Origin: Eledone cirrhosa
Lineage: Eukaryota
NCBI GenBank assembly: GCA_964016885.1
Contig: OZ024740.1
Span: forward strand, 306,466,001-306,530,000
Direction: 5' to 3'
DNA length: 64,000 nt
How positions within the stretch are numbered: position 1 is the stretch's first letter; each line of letters starts with the position of its first letter. The position numbers and the translations under genes were made by a program. A model generated the notes under the pieces. The model was not told where the DNA came from. It did no database searches and worked only from the letters and a program-made list of their open reading frames with translations. This document shows positions 52,898 to 64,000 of this stretch, in pieces.

Positions 52898-53390
52898 AAG
52901 GAAAAGCGAAGTAGTTTCAGATGTTCAAGTCCTTTAATAATAATGCTGTGATATATATTTCAATGACGACACTGGCCACACTGTTCTGTGTGCGAGTGTC
53001 ATGTCATCATCAGACAGCTTGTTACATAATAAGGTTATGTTTCATAATAAGGTTATGTCGATTCAATAATGTTTCATAATAAGGTTATGTCGATTTAATA
53101 ATGTTTCATAATAAGGTTATGTCGATTCAATAATGTTTCATAATAAGGTTATGTCGATTCAATAATGTTTCATAATAAGGTTATGTCGATTCAATAATGT
53201 TTCTTAATAAGGTTATGTCGATTCAATTTCGATTGCCTCGGAAACATAACCTTATTATGTAACAAGCTGTCTGATGATGACATGACACTCGCACACAGAA
53301 CAGTGTGGCCAGTGTCGTCATTGAAATATATATCACAGCATTATTATTAAAGGACTTGAACATCTGAAACTACTTCGCTTTTCCTTATTC
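52894..53390. mobile_element. Fold-back with ~150-bp perfect arms, two intact-core divergent hammerheads (53266-53339 +, 52945-53018 -) and a central 32-bp tandem repeat
   Basis: gctgt-CTGATGA-tgac..gacact..agtgtcgtca-tt-GAAA-tatata-TC-acagc. The centre is (tgtttcataataaggttatgtcgattcaataa) x~6. Confidence 0.85.
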
Positions 53391-53461
53391 GATATTTACT
53401 CCGTCACTCCTATGTGGAAAAAGTACGTTGAGTGCTTGAATTGAATTGCATCAATGTTTAC

Positions 53462-53537
<76 letters not shown>

Positions 53538-53853
53538 AATCAAAGAACGCCTACATACTCATATAGTTTTTATTCGCTGACAATGTTTCATCCATACCGT
53601 GGGGCAAGAATCATCAGAGCTTTATAAACAAAAATATAGTGCTGAGTATAAGCTCTACCAAGCTTAGTCACACGAACATTAGATATACCGTACAGGATAA
53701 TAAGAGGGAGATTGGAAATGGATGGAGAGAATGCGTAATATGTATGTATATACAGTATATATGTATAAATATATGTATGTATATATATGTATAAATATAT
53801 GTATAAATATATGTATATATATCTATATATGTATATATGTATATATGTATGTA

Positions 53854-53918
<65 letters not shown>

Positions 53919-54371
53919 GTATATATATGTATGTATGTATATGTATACATATGTATGTATATATATGTATATGTGTATATATATATATGTAGGTATATAT
54001 GTATATATGTCTGTATATATATATCCAGGAACCTCCAACCGTTAAGGTTGTCTTTTTTCAGGGTATGTCAATATTTATTTATAAAACTAATCTATATTAT
54101 ATTTTATCTAATGAAAGCGCACCATAATCTGCCTTGGTGGCCCTTGAAATATATATAATGAAATAAATATGCTTTTATAAATATAGTTTCCATTTGTTAA
54201 TATATTGTATATTTACTCCAATAATTTGTTGAGTGCTTTATATCAGTTATAAAAATATTTTTAAGCTTGTATCCCAACAAATTAAATATAACCTCAGCAT
54301 ATATGTATATATATATATATAAAGATTTATGGTGTATATATTTTATCAAATGATTCTATGGACATACTTTA

Positions 54372-54457
<86 letters not shown>

Positions 54458-54514
54458 ATATATATATATGTCTGTGTATATATATATGTATGTGTGTATA
54501 TATATATATGTATG

Positions 54515-54547
<33 letters not shown>

Positions 54548-54572
54548 GTATGTGTATATATATATATATATG

Positions 54573-54623
<51 letters not shown>

Positions 54624-54737
54624 AAAATTAAATTAAGTGTGACATGTCGGAGAGACATGCGCCATATTCACTGTAGAATATGCTCCAAGATTCCAATGAA
54701 TAGATCCGAGCATTTTATATTAACTAGAAATAGATTG

Positions 54738-54945
54738 ACATATATATATATATAAAATAAACACATGAAACAATCACAGGGAATAATTTGTAAAAGTGTG
54801 TAATCACACATAGCTAGGTAGGTAACTAATTACAGTTTAACTAGAACTTCAAAAATTGATACCTTATAAATTGATTAATCTTCCTTTTACAAATTATTCC
54901 CTGTGATCGTTTCATATGTTTATTTTATATATATATCAATTTCTA
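54738..54945. repeat. Fold-back between TA tracts
   Basis: ataaaataaacacatgaaacaatcacagggaataatttgtaaaag / cttttacaaattattccctgtgatcgtttcatatgtttattttat. Confidence 0.8.
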
Positions 54946-54982
54946 CTTAATATATATATATATATATATATCAATTTCTACT

Positions 54983-55030
<48 letters not shown>

Positions 55031-57254
55031 ACGGAAACACGAAACGTACGAACAAGAGGATGCAATAACATAAAGAGTATTAGTTTCACGCTGAGAGAAA
55101 AAGTTACATAGTCAACGTATCTGGCATTTGCCCTTCATCGGAAATAACACAAAAAGAAAATAGCAAAGAAAATATCGTTAAAGAATGAAAAAGGCAAAAA
55201 ATAAAATTAAATAAATGGTAGTTGAAATAACTGTTTCTACTTTTGGCACAAGGCCAGCAATTATCCCATTGCATTACTGGTACTTTATTTTATCAACCCC
55301 GTAAGGATGAAAGGCAAAGTTAAAATAACGCTAGGAAGAAATTAGAAAAATAGAAAATGAAAACAAGAATAATGAGAGAGGGGAATGGTCCAGTGTCCTG
55401 GTACGGGACTGGTGGGGGGAGGCCGACGTGCAGTGGATGTTTGTGTGTAGGTGGGGGGTGAACATTACAGTGCGTTTGTGTATGGATGGGTGTTAAGTGT
55501 GTTGTTGGTGGAGATGTGTGTTCATACATATGTGTGAGCGTGTGTATGCTGGTATGTGTGTTTGGAACAAAAAATTTGTGTGCGAAAAGTAAACCGAAAA
55601 CAGCACACCAAAACGATACAGTACAATGAAGATATTATATATTAGTTTAACACTTGATATAGTAGGAAAATGTTTTAACGTTTCAGACGTTAGTCCTTCA
55701 TCACAACAAAGAATGAGAAATGAAAGAAATAGAAAGATAGAGAGGAGTGAGAAGAGGAATATATGTAAAACATTACTTTATATGCATGTATACGTGCTTG
55801 CTGTTTCTGACACATATCTAGGACTCCTGGCATGGAATTACTCAATAAAAACAACTGCTCTATTTTGCAGCTTCACAATGCTCCACTTTATATAAAGAAG
55901 ATAAGATTTTTCTGATCTCAGAACGTTTTGAAGTCAACCTAATATTGTGTCGTGTGGCTACAACCTAAACAACAAGACCACGTCTTATATAACTCTCCGA
56001 CTGTCTTGAGTTACACCAGGAAATCGTTACTTTTTAGTTTCGCATCAGTTACTTTGTGGTGTTGAGTTATTATATAACCTGAGGTCCATAGCTACGTTAA
56101 ACTGAAATGGGAGTATTATATTTTTTCTTTTTAGACATAGTAAGAGTAGATTGAGATTTAAGATGCAATTTCAATATTTTACCCAAGGGCAAAGAAGTAT
56201 AACGGTGATGAAATTTGATCTTTTGAAGATGTAATGGTAGTTTAATCAATACGACTTTTGTTATATGATCTAAACCTCAACGCTTTACCGTCAATGAATA
56301 ACTACGATTAGCAAGCTACAACCAACATTTAAATCTCTGCTTATTGACCTCTGCATTTAATTTGTTCTCTAGAGACAGAGGGAGATGGTGTTCGTGTATG
56401 TGAATGTGGCGTATTATTTTTCCGGTTTTCGTAGCGTTCGGTGTCTGAGATATAAATCCCCCACCTCCTTTAGATAGGGGACTGGTCTATCACAAGTATC
56501 GTTACTCGCAAGGAATTTCAGTTCAGCAATCGTCAATATTGTGGTACTACTGCTGCCAATAGTGGTGAAAATATAACCTACTCAGTAACCCACGGGGACC
56601 ACTACGACAAGATACGATTTGTTGTTCACCCAGCTAGATATCCACTAGTTTATTGGCCCCGATAGAGATACCTAAACGAAACTCTTCTAAATAAAGGTTG
56701 TTATAGACACGAGATTAATTGTAAGGAGATGAAGTTGAGCCAAATTAACGAACCTCAGTATACTACTTGCGTATTGTCTCGTCGTTTTAAAAGAAATGGA
56801 AAGCATGGTTAACCTTAATGACTATTATTATTTGAATTGGCAGTATCGGTAGAGGGTCGGGCGCTATGCTTTGCAGCATAGAGTTACGGCCCTTTACAGC
56901 TTGGGTTTAAATCCTGCCGATGTTAACTTTGCCTTTCATTCTTACGGGGTCGATAAAATAAAGTACCAGTAATGCTCTGGAATAATTGCTGGCCTTGTGC
57001 CAAAAGTAGAAACTATTATTATTATTAATCCTCTTCTTCCTGGCTGAAACATAAGACTTCAACGGTGTCATGACATTCAACTGGATCTTAAGTAACTCTG
57101 TACATCACATCAGATAACAGTTTTATGCTAGGTGATGACAATCTTAATCCATAAGATTGATTATAATGAGTGATTGAGTGTTGGTGTGGAGTTGAATATG
57201 AGGTTACGTGAGGATTCCAGTGAACTCGAACAATAAATAACATTCCTCCTGTAT

Positions 57255-57450
57255 GAAAATACACTCTTGACAGGTGCAATGTGTCATTGCACCTGTGAGC
57301 TGAACTCCGACCGTCATCGCCCCCATCTCTCTGTGTGGTGAGTAAATGGGGTCCCACGTGCTGGCCACCCCACAGCCCCGGCGGACAGAATGGAGAAAGC
57401 GTTTCCACGGAGGATGGTAAGGGGGATGCGCTGGAAGAGCCATTCCTTTG
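57255..57450 (-). pseudogene. CRE 3' end plus putative 3' UTR, homologous to 12340-12560
   Basis: Reverse complement: ggaatggctcttccagcgcatc...aaacgctttctccattctgtccgccggggctgtggg...cctgtcaagagtgtattttcatac. Confidence 0.7.
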
Positions 57451-58274
57451 TAAACATATGTGAGTAATTTTATCCGTTGATCATACACAATTTCTAATAT
57501 AAGATTGCCCTTCTGTATGGGAGGAGTAAAATTGGTTTAATATTTATTAATATTATACTAGAAATACTTAGAAGGAAATGACCAAGGTAAGGCAAAAGGG
57601 ATTCTGACTCTTTTAAGACAAGCTTTAAGTCTTGAGCAAGAAACTTTATTTCTCGTTGCACTTTCTGCCAAGAGACGCGACCGGTAGATAGTATCAACAA
57701 TGAAAAGACCAGTGGAAACATTGTTTCCTTGGTCCTATTTTTCATTCATATGTATCACACTCGCAACAACCCAGCACGCCATTTTTTCATTCATATATAA
57801 TTTTTCCCCTCGCTGTGGTTTGTCTTTTACTATCACCTTACTGCTATCCTCTTTCTCTCTCTCCCTTCTCTCTCCTTGTACCTCTTGCTTTCATTCACTC
57901 CCTCTGCTGGTCACACTCTCTCGGCTGGCCTCTTCCTCACACTTTCACTCATTTACTCTCTGCTGCTCCCCCTCTCTCACTTCCTCCCGTCTGACCAGGG
58001 TTCGTACGCATCTGCCGCCTTCTCGTCGTTTGTTTGGTCGAACTTAAGTTCACATGCATCATTGACTTGTCTCTCATTTCCTCTCTTTACGTTGCATTAC
58101 TACTTTTGTTTGTTTACTGTCCCCCTTTCTCCACCCAATTCGCTCTGTCCCAATAACTTATTTTAGTTATTGCTCGCACTGATTTTGAGGTATCTGGTCT
58201 TTAATGCGAAGAAATATCGATGATAGTCAGAAGATCACTGATGATGGACAGTCCCGTTTCTCGCTCTATTTTTC

Positions 58275-58308
<34 letters not shown>

Positions 58309-58605
58309 GTGTGTGTGTGTGTGTTTGTGTGTGTGTAATCTATAGTAAGGAGGTTATAGGAAATATTTTCGCTATATTCTCGGTTCTCCCATTTCTCACT
58401 GAATGAGATATGGTTTGAACGTAAAAGCGTGCAAGACTGTCTCAGAATGCTAATAAAGTGTTGACACGTGACTGCTCCATTACAAAAATACAACAGCTAG
58501 TTCCAGACTCAGTCTGAAACTAGCCGTTGAAACGCCAGACTCTACTACGCCAAGTATCGAGTACTCTATTGAGTAATGGTCTAACCAGTTTGAAACTGAA
58601 TTCAT

Positions 58606-58659
<54 letters not shown>

Positions 58660-59567
58660 TCCGCGTGATATAAGTATCTGTTATTAATGCTCAAAAGTAC
58701 TAAGCCTTATTATACTGCTTCTAAATCTGCTTTTGATTACAAGTTGTGGTTGCATGTTGCTTTTTTATATGATATGAGTCTAATCTGTAATATAAGGTTA
58801 CTGTTTGCATGTTTTTATCTTGTTGCTTATGGCAATATTTGTATTCTTGAAGATATGTAGACCAGTAGAGTAATGCCTAATATATATATTGAGGTATGGC
58901 CAGCTGTTATACATTGAAACGTACGTAGAGTAAAATTGTTAATTTATTATATATACTAGCAGAAAAACCACCCAAAGGGTAAACCACCCAAAGGGTGGTT
59001 TTTCTGCTAGCGTATGTAGTGTGCATATTGATATTATACGCAATATAAAAGTTATGATATAACGATGCAAATATATGAACGTTTATATAAGCGTTATAAT
59101 ATAGCGTCCGTTATATCATAACCGGAAGTATTGACATTTGAAAATTTTAAAAGAAGTGAATCTCAAAATAAGCAATCATTATATATATAAATCCCACCGA
59201 GGTTAACTTTGCCTTTCATCCTTACGGGGTCGGTAAAATAAAGTACCAGTAATACACTGGCATAATTGCTGGCCGTGTGCCAATAGTAGAAACATTTATA
59301 TATAAGAATAAATATGTTTAATCAACAGTTACGAAATTTAATACATAAATTATATAATATTCATTGATTATTTATTCAAAGTAATCCGACTTAATTTACT
59401 AACGGGATAAAAAATATATATTCAGGATACAGTCCCGCACTCCTCCCTTTATTATATTATGATATATATATATTTTACTTTTTTTACGTTGTGCGCATCT
59501 ATGTATATCTGATTCTGGGTGTACATGAATTTTTTCCTGTCATTTTATTTCAGCCTCAAATAAAGAT

Positions 59568-59636
59568 TCCTTCTGATGAACGAATTCAGACGCTTCTGTT
59601 AAAATCGTCTAACTTCGTGAAACCTTGGGTAATGGA
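59568..59636 (+). ncRNA. Type-I hammerhead ribozyme, intact core (same family as 40459)
   Basis: tcctt-CTGATGA-acgaa..agacg...cgtct..ttcgt-GAAA-ccttggg-TA-atgga, then taattatattgt and (TA)n. Confidence 0.75.
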
Positions 59637-59657
59637 TAATTATATTGTGTTGTTTAT

Positions 59658-59715
<58 letters not shown>

Positions 59716-60066
59716 AGTTAAACAGTCTTTTTAAATATTTTGAAGTGAAACATACCAATTGTTCAGGGTACTTACTGAGGAGAGCTGAACAGGGTATTTT
59801 TTCACTTTTTCATCTCGAAACTTATTTGGATTTTGAAGTTTAAACTTATCTACGGAACAGGTTTGATTTTGAAATTTAAATTTGTCTAAGTACCACGGCC
59901 ATTTGCCAATATCGTTTGTTTTTATTGATTTATTATTTTAAATCGAGACAGGCAAACTGTATTATTATAATTAGTATTTTTCAATCTAGCTAACTTAGTC
60001 ATTTACAATACAAACACTTATATGTTGGTATTTGTGTTTTATCATATATATTAATTTATATTAACT

Positions 60067-60101
<35 letters not shown>

Positions 60102-60132
60102 GTGCATCCCTGTATGTGTGTGTGTGTCTGTG

Positions 60133-60164
<32 letters not shown>

Positions 60165-60199
60165 TGTCTGTGTGTGTGTGTGTGTCTGTGTGTGTGTGT

Positions 60200-60257
<58 letters not shown>

Positions 60258-60504
60258 AAATATATATATATAAAATCCGTTACAACAAACATGACCCTTA
60301 AATTATCTAAATAAATTTGCAACAGAGAAATGCATCATCTGTTTATTACATAAACACGTATAGGTTAGCTACTACTAACCAGTATCTGAACACTCCTTAA
60401 CAACTATGGTATTTTCGGAGTGGTAATGTGCTTTGACAAAGGTTGAGAGTTGAATTCTACTAAGATCCCATTGCCAAATCATGTGTTCCCACAGCCAGAT
60501 GAGA

Positions 60505-60584
60505 TGACATTACCATACCGACACACACACACACACACACTCACACACACACACACACACACAGACCATACACACACAGACAGA

Positions 60585-60626
<42 letters not shown>

Positions 60627-60732
60627 CACACACACACACATGGTGATGGTGGTGCCGGTGGTGGTGGTAGTAGTAATAGTAGTAGTAGTGGTGGTGGTGG
60701 TGGTGGTGACTGTGGTGGTGGTGGTGATGGTG

Positions 60733-60764
<32 letters not shown>

Positions 60765-60950
60765 GGTTGTGGTAGTGGTGGCTGTGGTGGTGGTGGTGGT
60801 GGTGGTGGTGGTGGTGATGATGGTAGTAGTAGTAGTAGTGGTGGCGGCGGTGATGGCGGCGGTGGTGGTAGTGGTGATGGTGGTAGTAGTAGTAGTAGTA
60901 ACAGCAGCAGCAGCAGCAGTAGCAGTAGTAATAGTAATAGTAATGACATT

Positions 60951-60997
<47 letters not shown>

Positions 60998-61288
60998 ATG
61001 ACATTTCCTCCCACATACACGCTCTTCCGAAAACCCCAGCATCGGCGTGTGACGTAATACGGGATGCCAATGGAGTTTGTATGACATCTTCCTCTTAACT
61101 CTCTGTTTCCTTACCACAACCATTCTTACCATAACACCGCCACCAGTACACCTATCATGAGAACCACCACCACCACCACCGCCGCCGCCAACACCACCAC
61201 CATTGCCGCTGTCGCCACCACCACCACCACCAACAACGCCGTCGCCAACACCAACACCACCACCAACAACGACAACAACGCCGTCAAC

Positions 61289-61320
<32 letters not shown>

Positions 61321-63141
61321 AGCCGCCGCCAACACCACCACCAACAACAAAAACAAGAACAACGCCGCCGCCAACACCAACACCACCACCAACAACAACA
61401 ACAAGGCCGCCGCCAACACCACCACCACCACCAACAACAACGCCGCCGCCAACACCAACACCACCACCACCAACAACAACAACGCCGCCGCCAACACCAA
61501 CACCACCACCACCAACAACAACAACGCCGCCGCCAACACCAACACCACCACCACCAACAACAACAAGGCCGCCGCCAACACCACCACCACCAACAACAAC
61601 AAGGCCGCCGCCAACACCACCACCACCAACAACAACAACGCCGCCGCTAACACCACCACCACCACCACCACCAACAACAACAACGCCGCCGCCAACACCA
61701 ACACCACCATCACCAACAACAACAACGCCGCCGCCAACACCAACACCACCACCAACAACAACAACAAGGCCGCCGCCAACACCACCACCACCAACAACAA
61801 CAAGGCCGCCGCCAACACCACCACCACCAACAACAACAACGCCGCCGCTAACACCACCACCACCACCACCAACAACAACAACAACGCCGCCGCCAACACC
61901 ACCACCACCAACAACAACAAGGCCGCCGCCAACACCACCACCACCAACAACAACAACGCCGCCGCTAACACCACCACCACCACCACCACCAACAACAACA
62001 ACGCCGCCGCCAACACCACCAACAACAACAACAACAAGGCCGCCGCCAACACCACCACCACCAACAACAACGCCGCCGCCAACACCAACACCACCACCAA
62101 CAACAACAACAAGGCCGCCGCCAACACCACCACCACCAACAACAACGCCGCCGCCAACACCACCACCATCACCAACAACAACAACGCCGCCGCCAACACC
62201 AACACCACCACCACCAACAACAACAAGGCCGCCGCCAACACCAACACCACCATCACCAACAACAACAACGCCGCCGCCAACACCAACACCACCACCAACA
62301 ACAACAACAACGCCGCCGCCAACACCAACACCACCACCAACAACAACAACAAAGCCGCCGCCAACACCACCACCAACAACAACAACAACGCCGCCGCCAA
62401 CACCAACACCACCACCAACAACAACAACAACGCCGCCGCCAACACCAACACCACCACCAACAACAACAACAAGGCCGCCGCCAACACCAACACCACCACC
62501 AACAACAACAACAAGGCCGCCGCTAACACCACCACCACCACCAACAACACCAACAACAACGCCGCCGCCAACACCAACACCACCACCAACAACAACAACA
62601 AGGCCGCCGCCGCCAACACCACCACCACCAACAACAACAACAACAACAACGCCGCCGCCAAAACATTCACCACCATCACCGCCACCACTACTACAACAAC
62701 AACACCGCAACAGCTAAATAATATGATCACCATCGCCACCACCATCACCACCACTGTCACCACCACCATCACCACCCCCATAACCACCACCACCAACACC
62801 ACCACCACCACTGTCACCACCATCACCACCATCACCATCAACACCAACATCACCCCACCACCACCACCATAACCATCACCACCACCATAACCACCACCAG
62901 CACCGCCATCACTACCACCACCACGATACCATCACAATCTCCAGCACCACCTCCACCACCACCACCACCAGCACCACCAGCACCACCAGCACCACCACCA
63001 CCACCACCACACCACCACCACCACCACCACCACCACCACCACCACCAGCACCACCAGCACCACCACCACCACCACCACACCACCACCACCACCACCACCA
63101 CCACCACCACCACCAGCACCACCAGCACCACCACCACCACC

Positions 63142-63172
<31 letters not shown>

Positions 63173-63192
63173 GCACCAGCACCACCAGCACC

Positions 63193-63223
<31 letters not shown>

Positions 63224-63751
63224 CCACCACCACCACTAGCACCACCACCACCAGCACCACCAGCACCAGCATCACCACCACCACCACCACCAGCACCACC
63301 AGCACCACCACCATTACCACCACCAGCACCACCAGCACAACCACCACCACCACCACTAGCACCAGCACCACCACCAGCACCACCACTAGCACCACCAGCA
63401 CCACCAGCACCACCACCACCAGCACCACCAGCACCACCACCACCACCACCAGCAGCACCACCACCAGCACCACCAGCACCACCACCACCACCACCATCAC
63501 CACCACCACCACCACCACCACCACCACCACCACCACCACCACCACCATCACCACCACCAGCAGCACCACCACCACGAGCACCACCACCACCACCACCGCA
63601 CCGCCACCATCACCATCACCACCAGCACCACCACCACCAGCACCACCACCAGCACCACCACCACCACCACCACCAGCACCACCACCAGCACCACCACCAC
63701 CGCACCGCCACCATCACCACCACCACCAGCACCACCACCACCAGCACCACC

Positions 63752-63784
<33 letters not shown>

Positions 63785-64000
63785 ACCACCACCACCAGCA
63801 CCACCACCACCAGCACCACCACCAGCACCACCACCACCACCACCACCAGCACCACCAACACCACCACCACCACCACCAACACCACCACCACCACCACCAC
63901 CACCACCAGCACCACCAACGCCACAACAACAACATCAACATCAACGCTACATCTCAACAACGACAACCACCACCACCACCACCACCACCACCACCACCAC
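60505..64000. repeat. Compound microsatellite field, including a higher-order GCC/ACC/AAC minisatellite (~61180-62660) and (CAC/CAG)n to the window end
   Basis: (CA)n, (GGT/AGT)n, then ~30-45-bp units gccgccgccaacaccaacaccaccaccaacaacaac, then CAC runs. Confidence 0.95.

Overview
This is eukaryotic, AT-rich, repeat-dominated DNA. The abundant tRNA-derived SINEs and the microsatellite load suggest an octopus genome (inference from recall, not a database hit). I cannot support any intact host protein-coding gene. The recognisable coding remnants are all from transposons: a hAT/Charlie (GTF2IRD2/SPIN-like) transposase, an L1/Tx1 ORF2, several RTE LINE 3' parts, CRE-type RLE-endonuclease fragments and a probable GIY-YIG remnant. 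The main signal is at the RNA level: more than 20 minimal type-I hammerhead ribozyme (HHR) motifs from roughly ten unrelated sequence families. Most lie next to (TA)n or (CA)n microsatellites, and many form back-to-back inverted pairs. The centrepiece is a near-perfect 454/458-bp tandem array at 24712-28455. It has one intact-core HHR per unit and an internal head-to-head inversion, so it is a candidate retrozyme (circRNA-producing, Penelope-mobilised) locus. It is flanked on both sides by a family whose HHR carries a compensatory U3-A8 core. All folds were done by eye and no activity is demonstrated.
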